From NCBI GenBank assembly GCA_016778305.1, contig JADHPT010000002.1, positions 94,610 to 158,609 on the forward strand: DNA of 64,000 nucleotides, in the 5' to 3' direction. How positions within the stretch are numbered: position 1 is the stretch's first letter; each line of letters begins with the position of its first letter. The stretch is from Poseidonia sp. GTDB taxonomy: Archaea; Thermoplasmatota; Poseidoniia; Poseidoniales; Poseidoniaceae. Position numbers and translations under genes: made by a program. Under the pieces are notes generated by a model that did not search any database, was not told the origin of the DNA, and worked only from the letters and a program-made list of their open reading frames with translations. Below are positions 36,499 through 45,220 of the stretch, piece after piece.

Positions 36499-37539
36499 TC
36501 AAAGAACGTGTGCCTCCAGCACTTCGGAAGACAAACCAGCGAGACGACCGCGGACGATCAATCGCAAATCTGAAACTTCCTGGACCTTCATGGCCACATA
36601 GTGAATGATAGGAAGAGCCGATACGGGATGGAGGTAGCTCATCCGCTGCATCATGGTGTACTCTCGCGCTTTCATCCAGGTAACCACAGGGTCAAGGCTT
36701 CGTGTGGACGTTGCTTCTTGCAAAATACCTTCAAATTCAGTCATGTCAAAACGGTCACCTGAACGAAGAAGATCAAGCATGGCCTCACGGCCACCAGTAG
36801 CTATCGAGGAGAACATCCGCTTTGGAATCAGTCGTCCTCCTGGAATGAGCAGATGAACAAGTTGCTCGGAGGCAATACCTGCGGAGTCTGCTTCAAGGAT
36901 GTTGACGATGTTGCGGTGGTCTATTTCTGCTGCAAATAATCTCGATAGGAATCGAGCAGGCGCTCCCTTTGATTGAAGGAGAGCGCGCTGGGATGCAGCA
37001 TAGTAATGACGGTCAAGAGCGTCTTCATAATCGGCGAGTGAACCGTCTTCAGGTACCTTGGCGAGTGCTACACCGAAGGACTTGCGTCGCATCAAAACAG
37101 CAGCTGACCTAAGATCGTCACAACTCTCTACGACCTTAAGCCAAGGTGTGTTCACATCATTGATTTCGGGAAGGATACTGTTGCCCACTTCATCAACCGA
37201 AACTTCGTTGTGAATCGCACGCAAAACTGCTTTTGCATTTTGATATTCAAACCTCGAGGTATAGATCTCAATCAGTGGGCGAATGGTACGATTCGACATG
37301 TTGACGATATCGGTGAGTTCGCCTTCTAGATTGTGTGTGAGAGCAGCTTCAACCAAATCGCCACCGCTGAGTTTTCCAGCATAGAGGTCAATTTCAGTGC
37401 GGTATCCGATATCACCAACGGCTACTGTCAACTGGTCTACCGACTGGTTGATGAGTTGACGCAGACGTGCCCGGTCGGCCAGCTTTTGCCGTCGTGCCTT
37501 GGCACGTGAGACGACATAAGGGGTGTTTCCGAGCATCAT
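36499..37539 (-). CDS. atpC: A-type ATP synthase subunit C
   Basis: Size, helical content and position between atpE and atpF support the call. ATG 37539 is preceded by AAGGTGA; the ORF-track start 37548 is GTG. Confidence 0.85.
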   Translation of the reverse strand: MMLGNTPYVVSRAKARRQKLADRARLRQLINQSVDQLTVAVGDIGYRTEIDLYAGKLSGGDLVEAALTHNLEGELTDIVNMSNRTIRPLIEIYTSRFEYQNAKAVLRAIHNEVSVDEVGNSILPEINDVNTPWLKVVESCDDLRSAAVLMRRKSFGVALAKVPEDGSLADYEDALDRHYYAASQRALLQSKGAPARFLSRLFAAEIDHRNIVNILEADSAGIASEQLVHLLIPGGRLIPKRMFSSIATGGREAMLDLLRSGDRFDMTEFEGILQEATSTRSLDPVVTWMKAREYTMMQRMSYLHPVSALPIIHYVAMKVQEVSDLRLIVRGRLAGLSSEVLEAHVL

Positions 37540-37553
37540 GATATTCACCTTCT

Positions 37554-38117
37554 TTATCCAAACAGTGTTTCATTGACAGCAGAGAGATGGTTTGACCATG
37601 CACGCTGCAACATATTGTCAAAGCGCATGTCAAAGGACACGGAGCCATCTTCAGCCTCGAGGATAAATCCTCCAAGGCCTTCAACACTCTCGGCAACCTT
37701 TCGGTCACCGGCAGCCTTGGTAATAGCAGCACGGTCGATTTCAACGGGTCGAATGACAAATTTACCCTTTGCCAAGTTCTTAGATTCACCAAGCAGTGAT
37801 TTCAACAATGCAGCTCGTCCTTTCATGCCAGGATCGGCAATATGGTCTCGGGCAGCATCAAGTGTAGCGTCCAGAACCTTACGTCGTGCCACAAGGATGT
37901 CCTGTTGGTTCGATTGTCGGGCGCTGGCAACCAACTCACGAGCGAGTTGGGTTGCTTCCTTTTCTGCACGCTGCTTCGCTTCAGTTTGCATGTCGCCGAC
38001 CTTGGTTTCAGCATCGGCTAACAATTGTTTGGCATCTGCTTTCGCAGCCTTAATCAGCGCTTTGGCTTCTTTTTCAGCCGAAGCAGCAATGTCTTGGGCA
38101 AGTGTTTCTAATGTCAT
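37554..38117 (-). CDS. atpE: A-type ATP synthase subunit E
   Basis: A long N-terminal A/K/E-rich helix (EKEAKALIKAAKADAKQLLADAE) is followed by a C-terminal globular part. Operon position supports the call. Confidence 0.85.
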   Translation of the reverse strand: MTLETLAQDIAASAEKEAKALIKAAKADAKQLLADAETKVGDMQTEAKQRAEKEATQLARELVASARQSNQQDILVARRKVLDATLDAARDHIADPGMKGRAALLKSLLGESKNLAKGKFVIRPVEIDRAAITKAAGDRKVAESVEGLGGFILEAEDGSVSFDMRFDNMLQRAWSNHLSAVNETLFG

Positions 38118-38177
38118 TCTTTTATCTCCTTCATCGTTCGTTCGATTGGGCCTTCGCCCAACGGAAACCGTTTCTCC

Positions 38178-38492
38178 TCAACTTCCGAGGAAAAGCGGAA
38201 GTGCACCGAGAATCACAATGGATTCTGGAAGAGCGGTGAAGATCAAAGCAACACCGAACTTGCTGCCGTCTTCGGCAAGCATGCCGACAGCAGCGCTGCC
38301 GATAGCGGCTTGGGAGAATCCAGCCCCAATGGCGGCGAGGCCAAGGGCTAGACCGACACCAACGTCGCCAGTCATTCCGTCAGTTGCACCCGAATCGGTT
38401 GTCTCTTGTGCAGCAACACCTTGGGCGACCAAGGCGAGCGTTAGCAAGACGATCAGTGTGCGTAGGCTTGTTTTTAGGGTATTCTTGTTCAT
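38178..38492 (-). CDS. atpK: A-type ATP synthase proteolipid subunit K (c), with N-terminal hydrophobic extension
   Basis: The G/A-rich hairpin GLALGLAAIGAGFSQAAIGSAAVG...ALIFTALPESIVILGAL carries the ion-binding Glu in LPES. It is preceded by LIVLLTLALVAQGVAA and a polar spacer. Confidence 0.9.
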   Translation of the reverse strand: MNKNTLKTSLRTLIVLLTLALVAQGVAAQETTDSGATDGMTGDVGVGLALGLAAIGAGFSQAAIGSAAVGMLAEDGSKFGVALIFTALPESIVILGALPLFLGS

Positions 38493-38522
38493 ATTTCTAC
38501 CTCCTAGTTTTTGTCCGTGGGA

Positions 38523-40550
38523 CTATGATTGCCCCTCCGTATGGAGGGTGCGACCGCCGAGTGGGGTAAAAACCCGACCGGAGCCGTCGTAGAACTTGCC
38601 CATCCACTCAACGAAGTGGAGACGGGCTGCGTGGATGCTCGGGGAGAGCAAGCCAAGTGCGAGAGCAAATGCTTGAATCAGGAGGAAAAGTACGGCGCCG
38701 AAGACAATTTCAACGATTCCAGCGCCAGTTGCTGTCATCATATCCCATCCCATCACGATGGAAACTTCTGCGATTTTGACACCCGCAACGCCCACGCCCA
38801 TGACACGGAGGTACGAGAGTGTGTTAGCGAGTAGGCCGAAGGTTTCAATCGGTCCCATGATCAAACCACCTGCCCAACCAAACTTCTCAAAGACTGCAAG
38901 GCCGATGATGAGGCAAACAATTCCAACCAGAACTGCGAGACCTGGAGTAGTTGATGCAAAGACTGCATGGTCGCCCATGAGGAATCCGTAGATATGGACG
39001 AACCCGCCTGTGAGGATAATAATCCAGCTTCCTTTCTCGAAGAAAGCAGCAACCAGGCCGTGGGCCTTTGCCACATTGATGAAACCGATGATAAATCCGA
39101 CCATCAAATGGAATACGCCGAGATAAACAGAGAGCAAAACATAGTCCTGTAGCGCTCCTGTTGCTCGGTGGAAGGGGATGTGAGTGTGCGTCATGTTGAG
39201 GGTGTCAGCAACGAAGGCGGGGAAGTGGATGTTGTCGTAGGTCCAAACGTAAAGTCCATCAAGAGGCGACCATGATTCGTCCCATACAAAGCCAAAACCT
39301 TCTGCGAATAACAAACCCCAAATGATACACCAAACACCCATCCACTTCAGGATGGTGATGCCGTTATTGACCACTGGGTCGGCTGCGAAGGGTTTGGTGC
39401 CCAGCCACATTCCCAACAGGAGAATGATGAGGCCGTAGCCGAAGTCGCCTAGGATAAGTCCGTAGATCATCGGGAAGGTGAACATCATCAGAACAGTTGG
39501 ATCAAAGGAGCCGTAGGTGGGGCGTCCAACCAAGTCCACCATCAACTCGAAGGGGCGAGAAACTGCGTTGTTTTCAAGTGCGACCGGAGGAGAAGGTTCG
39601 TGGTGGCCATCATGGCCATCGTCGTGATGATGGTCGTTCACAAAGGCCTCGACTTCGACATGCGAAGCAATGTTGCTCAAAGCAGAGCGGATTTCGCTTT
39701 CCTTGGCGGACGGGACCCATGCATCGAGAGCAAAGGCTTGCCCTGTCACGGCCATTTGGGTCGGAGCGGTGAAGACTTGGTCTTCCTTGGACAAATATTC
39801 GTGGATGGCGAGCATGTTGCGAGCGTTGTCATTTGCCCAGCGTTGAGCATGTTCTGATGCTGCCTCCATGCTGTCTGCAACTTCGGAGCGACGGGATGAG
39901 ATCGTTTTGATGGCTTCGCTTGGAGTACCGTTCATGTCGGGGATTTGAACTGCTTTGCCCCCTAATTCACCCAGTGCCATCTGAACTTCTGCGGATTGGT
40001 CCGGAAGACAAGCAACGGCGACGATACCAGGTGCTGTTGCCATCTCAACCTTGGAAGCGAGTGGGCCGAAGATGCCACGGGCTTTGCTTGACTTCTTTGT
40101 TTCAGAGACAAAGACTTCAACTCGGCCTGTGCCTGTGAGCAATTCCAAGTCCATGTTCAAGGGAGCAAGGCGCTCAAGGAGTTTGAGTTGCTCATCGAGT
40201 ACTGATAGTTCAGATTCTGCATCTCGTTGTTGGTCGAGCAGGTCAAGACCTTCTTGCAACTTCTCTGGGAAGTCTCCAGCGATCAATTCTTTGATCCGAG
40301 AGAGAGGGACAGGCCCGTCTGCGTTAACTGGTTTGAAGGCAGAGACTGCTGCACGTACTTTAGCGAGCAAGGCGCTGACGTTGTTGGCCTCATCGCTGGC
40401 GATAGCTTGTCCAACATAGACGCCATCTTCGAAATTGGAATAGGACTCAACATGAACACATCCAGCATTGGTGCAGGCCCGAATGACTTCCTCCATACGA
40501 TCGACTGGCGCAGCCACTGTCAAACGAGACATGGCCACGGTGTCGAACAT
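38523..40550 (-). CDS. atpI: A-type ATP synthase subunit I (a)
   Basis: A 675-aa protein with a soluble N-terminal half and a polytopic C-terminal half ending ...LSYLRVMGVGVAG...IHAARLHFVEW (conserved Arg helix). Confidence 0.92.
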   Translation of the reverse strand: MFDTVAMSRLTVAAPVDRMEEVIRACTNAGCVHVESYSNFEDGVYVGQAIASDEANNVSALLAKVRAAVSAFKPVNADGPVPLSRIKELIAGDFPEKLQEGLDLLDQQRDAESELSVLDEQLKLLERLAPLNMDLELLTGTGRVEVFVSETKKSSKARGIFGPLASKVEMATAPGIVAVACLPDQSAEVQMALGELGGKAVQIPDMNGTPSEAIKTISSRRSEVADSMEAASEHAQRWANDNARNMLAIHEYLSKEDQVFTAPTQMAVTGQAFALDAWVPSAKESEIRSALSNIASHVEVEAFVNDHHHDDGHDGHHEPSPPVALENNAVSRPFELMVDLVGRPTYGSFDPTVLMMFTFPMIYGLILGDFGYGLIILLLGMWLGTKPFAADPVVNNGITILKWMGVWCIIWGLLFAEGFGFVWDESWSPLDGLYVWTYDNIHFPAFVADTLNMTHTHIPFHRATGALQDYVLLSVYLGVFHLMVGFIIGFINVAKAHGLVAAFFEKGSWIIILTGGFVHIYGFLMGDHAVFASTTPGLAVLVGIVCLIIGLAVFEKFGWAGGLIMGPIETFGLLANTLSYLRVMGVGVAGVKIAEVSIVMGWDMMTATGAGIVEIVFGAVLFLLIQAFALALGLLSPSIHAARLHFVEWMGKFYDGSGRVFTPLGGRTLHTEGQS

Positions 40551-40559
40551 GATATCACC

Positions 40560-40886
40560 TCACTCCGAAGTCAATCCATCGACAACCATTTGCACGGCTT
40601 TGTCTTGATTTGATGATGAGTTCTTCTCGATAGAAGCAACTTCTTTGGAACCTTCTGATTTGACTGAATCTGCTTCTGCCTGTGCGCCAACACGAGCTTC
40701 GTCGAGAATCTTCTGAGTCATAGCAACGGAGTCTTCTGCTGCAGATTGTACCATTTCAGAGGACTTTTTACGAGCGTCAGACATGATTTTTGCCGCTTCT
40801 TCTTGAGCGGCGGCAAGGCGAGATTCCGCTTCTTGCTCGGCGTTTTTGATGCTGCGGAGAACGTCGACCATACCCATGATGAACAC
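40560..40886 (-). CDS. atpH: A-type ATP synthase subunit H
   Basis: VLRSIKNAEQEAESRLAAAQEEAAKIMSDARKK is a typical subunit H helix, and this is the first gene of the atp cluster. GTG 40886 is the ORF-track start; ATGs at 40877 and 40871 are alternatives. Confidence 0.8.
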   Translation of the reverse strand: MFIMGMVDVLRSIKNAEQEAESRLAAAQEEAAKIMSDARKKSSEMVQSAAEDSVAMTQKILDEARVGAQAEADSVKSEGSKEVASIEKNSSSNQDKAVQMVVDGLTSE

Positions 40887-40917
40887 CTGTTGATTTGTTT
40901 CAGTAAAAGGGGGTTTA

Positions 40918-41691
40918 TCAGTCTAACGGGGTTGCTTGCTGGTCCACCGATTCGGGTTTCCTACCACGAAACCGACTGGCCATTCCGAATGGATAAAGAA
41001 GTCTTCCTTGAACGTTATCGAAGCCAACCGCCTTCATCATCTTCCGATAGTAACCGTTTGTGCCATAGTGCGTGTAACTTTTTGCAAGCCCTTTCCACGG
41101 GTGATTTTTCTCTCCTGTGATGATACGCGCCATGATTTGCACAACCGAATTCATCCAAAGGACACCAAAGATTCCATGCAGTTTATTGGCCTTACCTGCA
41201 TCACAGATGACCAACTGGCCTCCAGGTTTCAAGACTCGGAAAATCTCTTGTAACCCCTGTTTTTTATCCTTAAAATCACGGAATGAGAACAGGCAGAAGA
41301 CCATGTCAAAGGTATCGTCTGGCAAGGGAATGGATTCTGCAATGGCTTCGACGTACTCTGCGGGAGGCTCCCCCCGTTGTTGCCGTGCTCCATCGACCCT
41401 CCGACGAGCGGTTGCAAGCATTTCGGGAGAGGGGTCCAAACAGGTCACGTCCAACCCCGTGAGGTCTTCGGCGAAGGAACCCGGACCACACCCTACCTCG
41501 AGAACTTTCATCCCTGGCTTGGCATGCTGTCGGACATTTCGCCGCCATCGCTTGTCTTGACCAAAGGTCATCCATTTGTTGACTCGGTCGTAATTTGGAA
41601 TGGTGGCTTCAAGCTGACCTTCGAGTTCTTCCCACGCATCTGAGTCAATGCCCGAGGGGTCAAATCCACCCGTTGCAGCACGCTTGCTCAT
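40918..41691 (-). CDS. class I SAM-dependent methyltransferase (UbiE/MenG-like)
   Basis: VLEVGCGPGSFAEDL is SAM-binding motif I. DMVFCLFSFRDF and LKPGGQLVICD are motifs II and III. The N-terminal YDRVNKWMTFGQDKRWR resembles UbiE/MenG. Confidence 0.8.
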   Translation of the reverse strand: MSKRAATGGFDPSGIDSDAWEELEGQLEATIPNYDRVNKWMTFGQDKRWRRNVRQHAKPGMKVLEVGCGPGSFAEDLTGLDVTCLDPSPEMLATARRRVDGARQQRGEPPAEYVEAIAESIPLPDDTFDMVFCLFSFRDFKDKKQGLQEIFRVLKPGGQLVICDAGKANKLHGIFGVLWMNSVVQIMARIITGEKNHPWKGLAKSYTHYGTNGYYRKMMKAVGFDNVQGRLLYPFGMASRFRGRKPESVDQQATPLD

Positions 41692-41748
41692 GGCGGTTGG
41701 GAACCCCCGACTGTTTTGGACATGTCGTTTCGGCCAAGATGCTCCGCA

Positions 41749-42552
41749 TCATGCGATACGTTCGACCGTTTCGGGCGTAATACCCTCTTCTGGTGTTACG
41801 CGGAAGACCAAAATCTTCAGGTTTTCAGGTGCGTTTCTAAACTTTGAAACGATCATCGAATTTTCAAAATCGGTTCCAATCGTACGGACCTTGAAAGAGA
41901 GGACCATGTCGGCAATGGATGACAATTCTTGTTTGATTGAGGGGTTCAACCCGTCGGTAGAAACGGAAATCATCAACAGGCCACGTACCATCTGAGCGTG
42001 AGCTTGGAGCATCCGAACCATTGAAATGACGCGAGATGGGTCTTCACGTTGGAGGAAGAAATCCAAATTGTCGAGCACCGCTCTGAAGTAAGGGCCGAGA
42101 CCCATGATTTCATTGGTGACTTCGGTCAAGTAGTCTTGACTGCTATCGTCAACGAATCGTGTTTGGGCAAGACGTTGGATATCTGCCAATTGAAAGCCCT
42201 CAAGACGGTACCTGCTGGCCAACAGATCTCGTTCCAAAACATTCGCGTTGTACTCCTCGCCAATGGTTCGAACGTTGATATCAAGGGGCCAACTGTATTT
42301 TTTGAAGATACGAGTGATCTCTTGCTGTCCTTCATCGGTCGTGATGTACAATGTATTGTCAGGTTCTTCAGCAGGTGAGGTGAATTGTTTTGCAAATAAT
42401 TCGCTCCCTGAGCCTGTTTCAGTAAAGGCAATCATGGTAAATCCCCTGGGGACGCCACCGTTCATTTCATTGTCGAATTTTGGAACACCAAAGGAACCAA
42501 CGGTGCCAAAGAACTCTTCATCTTCTGGGTCAAAATCAAATTTTCTTGCCAT
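41749..42552 (-). CDS. KaiC/RecA-fold paralogue with ablated Walker A
   Basis: GGVPRGFTMIAFTETGSGSELFAKQF aligns to GGIPxGxxxhhxGxxGxGKTxxxxQF, with GSGSE in place of GSGKT. The later RAVLDNL is Walker-B-like. Confidence 0.7.
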   Translation of the reverse strand: MARKFDFDPEDEEFFGTVGSFGVPKFDNEMNGGVPRGFTMIAFTETGSGSELFAKQFTSPAEEPDNTLYITTDEGQQEITRIFKKYSWPLDINVRTIGEEYNANVLERDLLASRYRLEGFQLADIQRLAQTRFVDDSSQDYLTEVTNEIMGLGPYFRAVLDNLDFFLQREDPSRVISMVRMLQAHAQMVRGLLMISVSTDGLNPSIKQELSSIADMVLSFKVRTIGTDFENSMIVSKFRNAPENLKILVFRVTPEEGITPETVERIA

Positions 42553-42562
42553 CCTTCATCCC

Positions 42563-43153
42563 TCACATTAAGACCACTTGGCCACGGTCAACAAGATCCG
42601 TGCAGTAGGTGTCAAGATTGGCCAAAACCAATGGCGGGGTTTGGTCTGGCACGTTGAGAATGACCGAAAGCACCTCTCGCTGACGGAAGGTATTGATGAA
42701 GGTGTGAAGATATTCCGCCAACATTCTGTCGTCGTTGTAGATGGCCAAGGCATTGACGCTGTCGAGGAAAACAAAATTTCGTTGTGAATTCACCGTTCGA
42801 AGTACGTAGAGCGTGCGAAGAAGGGTACTTTCAAGCATGATTGGACTGTCGATGAACGTGATGTTCGGATATTCCACATCGGTTCCACCCAACACTCCGG
42901 ACGACACCAAGTCAAGGAAGTGGATGTTGGACACGTCGATCCCGATGGCCTCGAAGGCCTGGATAATTTCAACGGCACCACGGCTTGCTGAGATGTAGAC
43001 GCCCCCCATCTCAAACATCTGCATGAGAGGAAGAATTGTACTGGCCGTCACCATAAAGGAATTTGAGGTACCCACCCGAACTTGAACGGCGCTGCCCAAG
43101 GAAACTTGCGTGAGTTGCTCTGCGATACGTTGGTCGAGTTCAAACATCATCAT
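42563..43153 (-). CDS. KaiC/RecA-fold paralogue lacking a P-loop
   Basis: LGSAVQVRVGTSNSFMVTASTIL occupies the P-loop position with no GK[ST]. FVFLDSVNAL is Walker-B-like. ATG 43153 overlaps the upstream stop (ATGA at 43150-43153); ATG 43162 is an alternative. Confidence 0.6.
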   Translation of the reverse strand: MMMFELDQRIAEQLTQVSLGSAVQVRVGTSNSFMVTASTILPLMQMFEMGGVYISASRGAVEIIQAFEAIGIDVSNIHFLDLVSSGVLGGTDVEYPNITFIDSPIMLESTLLRTLYVLRTVNSQRNFVFLDSVNALAIYNDDRMLAEYLHTFINTFRQREVLSVILNVPDQTPPLVLANLDTYCTDLVDRGQVVLM

Positions 43154-43932
43154 TGCCCCCATCGCGAGTTTTTATCACTTGACGCGCCCCATTTCAGCAT
43201 CGGGATGAGCATCACGCCAAGCGGCGTTAATTCGATCGCATGCTTGGCACGACTGTGAGCAGTTCCACGCATTTTAACCACCTGAAGGAAGCGAAGCAAA
43301 TGGCCCATCCGTTCTGCATCACCCATCACAATAATGCCGTCTGCAATGGCTTCTTCAACACCAAAGGAAGACCAGTGAGCGTTTTCTGTGGCAGAGGTGA
43401 TTTCTGAGATCAGGATGGTTGTACATCCGAGTGTGGCTAATTTCTTTCCTAACGTGAACAGGAAGTCTCTGATCAATTGTTCTGACTTAATCTTGTAACA
43501 AAGCGTCGTCACTGAATCAATCACCAGACGGGTCACACCAATGGTGTTGACGATGTCGACAATGGACTTGATGAGAGCGTGAACGTCGTCAAGGTCAAAT
43601 GAAGCCTTTTCGAGCCCGAGCCAGGAATACAAAACGTCCATGTCAAAGACGTTGATGAGGCCAGAATCGACCATGTTCATGTCAAAAAAGGCGTACTGAC
43701 GAATGTTTTCGAGTAATTTGACCGAGGGTTCTGTAGCGGTGAAGTGGGCGCATGCCTCACCAGCCAACGCTCCACGAACAAGAAACTCCATGGCCAAGGT
43801 GGTCTTTCCTGAACCGCATGTTCCCGCTGCGAGAACCGTTGAACCGTACGGGATACCTCCGCGCAGAATTTCGTCCAAGCCGTGGATTCCTGTGACGCAG
43901 CGGTCGCGTGTGTAAATACTGGTGGATTGCAT
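43150..43932 (-). CDS. KaiC-like single-domain RecA-superfamily ATPase (intact Walker A/B)
   Basis: TGIHGLDEILRGGIPYGSTVLAAGTCGSGKTTLAMEFL, Walker B TRLVIDSVTTL, and LQVVKMRGTAHS. ATG 43932 is preferred; the longer ORF to 44022 overlaps the upstream gene. Confidence 0.85.
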   Translation of the reverse strand: MQSTSIYTRDRCVTGIHGLDEILRGGIPYGSTVLAAGTCGSGKTTLAMEFLVRGALAGEACAHFTATEPSVKLLENIRQYAFFDMNMVDSGLINVFDMDVLYSWLGLEKASFDLDDVHALIKSIVDIVNTIGVTRLVIDSVTTLCYKIKSEQLIRDFLFTLGKKLATLGCTTILISEITSATENAHWSSFGVEEAIADGIIVMGDAERMGHLLRFLQVVKMRGTAHSRAKHAIELTPLGVMLIPMLKWGASSDKNSRWGQ

Positions 43933-43999
43933 GGGAACAAGAGAGAGGATGGGCCGAGGGTTGATGAAATGTTTGTACACAATCAACGCAAAGCAGCCA

Positions 44000-45115
44000 T
44001 CAAGCCAGAGGCGTATACTCACCAGGAGTAGGGTCGTCTTGCAAACTCCATGAGTTCGATGAGAAGCGATTGTTGCCGTCCCATTCCATTGATTGCCCAG
44101 TCACCATGAACAATCCAGTGTTGCCGCCCCATTCCACTCGCATCACATCAGAAGGGGTAATCTCAGCAAGTTGAGTATAGCGAAGACTCAGTACGCCTTG
44201 TCCGTCTGCAAGCCCGTCGAGGAGCCCCACTCCGAGGAAGGAATATTGACCGAGGTCAAGAACATGGGTGGCGTTGCCCACCTCTTGACTTGAGACATCG
44301 CCCGTCATAATGGAAACGGATTTCCCAGAAAGGACTCCTGATTGAAGCAGGAGGTTGGAGGATGTCGAACCGCTCACGTGGTTGAGAGACCATCCCTTGA
44401 GAGAAATTGCGAAGTCGTTCGGGTTGTACACTTCAATCCATTCTGGCCCACTCGATGAGGGGCGTGCCATCACTTCAGTGACATGCAATTGGTTATTTTT
44501 TCGACCTCCGTCATGCACTTCTAAAATCACACGCAATCGTTCACCGTCTTGCTGGAAGGAACGGTAGGCTGTCGATGAGGATGGGGCACTTCCACGCTCG
44601 GTTCCCCCGGAAAACAAAACCAGGCCGACACGGGCTGTATCTGAGCTCTCCTCCACCTGTATCTTGAGGTATAGCGTCATGTCGCTGTCAAGACCCAAGC
44701 CTGCCGCCATACCTTCTTCAGTAACATTGTGAAGGGCAGCTATCCGCTCAAAGTCCAATCGATACTCCTGCATCAATCCCGCTTGAACACGACCGTCTGC
44801 AAGATCTTCTGCAGAGGCCTGATGCCATGAGGCAGTGGCGTTTCCATAGTCAAGCGAACCGTCGAGGGGAACAAACCAACCTTCGCTTGACGTGAGTCGG
44901 TCCAGCCCCATTGCTGCTGCTCGGTCCAAACGGTCCACATCAGGGTCGTTGGAGCCCATTTGCAATTGTGCGAGGGAAAGAAAGGCCGTTAAGATCATTA
45001 AGAATAGCGTAAAAGCGGATAGAAATTCAATGACTGCTGTCAATCCACCCTCGTCCCGCTCCGACGAGATTACCGGAGCCTTGCGCATGGTTGGCCACAG
45101 TCGGCTGAGATTCAT
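44000..45115 (-). CDS. TadE/pilin-like N-terminal anchor protein with C-terminal lamin-tail domain (LTD)
   Basis: The N-terminal ERDEGGLTAVIEFLSAFTLFLMILTAF resembles the TadE/Flp-type G-x-x-A-V-E-F hydrophobic segment. LHVTEVMARPSSSGPEWIEVYNPNDFAISLKGWSL matches the LTD hallmark (hxEVxxNPxGxxxEWIELYNxxxxxhxLxGWxL). Confidence 0.65.
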   Translation of the reverse strand: MNLSRLWPTMRKAPVISSERDEGGLTAVIEFLSAFTLFLMILTAFLSLAQLQMGSNDPDVDRLDRAAAMGLDRLTSSEGWFVPLDGSLDYGNATASWHQASAEDLADGRVQAGLMQEYRLDFERIAALHNVTEEGMAAGLGLDSDMTLYLKIQVEESSDTARVGLVLFSGGTERGSAPSSSTAYRSFQQDGERLRVILEVHDGGRKNNQLHVTEVMARPSSSGPEWIEVYNPNDFAISLKGWSLNHVSGSTSSNLLLQSGVLSGKSVSIMTGDVSSQEVGNATHVLDLGQYSFLGVGLLDGLADGQGVLSLRYTQLAEITPSDVMRVEWGGNTGLFMVTGQSMEWDGNNRFSSNSWSLQDDPTPGEYTPLA

Positions 45116-45220
45116 GAGGTTGCCGCAACACAGGTTCGCTCAAGAGAGATTCCGAAAGAGTTTGACATCTCCCAGCATAAGAAAAAAAGACGCCTACCCT
45201 CCATTCCGAGCGATGAGTCT

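Noticed and set aside
37573-38592. A 339-aa plus-strand ORF, the longest unassigned ORF in the ATP synthase region.
   Set aside because: It lies entirely antisense to atpE, atpK and the atpI 3' end. Its translation is low-complexity Ala/Ser/Arg/Pro-rich with no motif. This is the expected shadow ORF of Ala/Glu/Lys-rich genes on the opposite strand.
45143-45160. A possible att-like partial copy of the tRNA-Ser T-arm (AGAGAGATTCCGAAAGAG versus GGGGAGATTCGAACTCCC at 48211-48228) that would bracket the surface-protein gene as an integrated island.
   Set aside because: Only ~11 of 14 core positions match, and one gap is needed. This is within chance expectation, and no integrase or other mobile-element gene is present.
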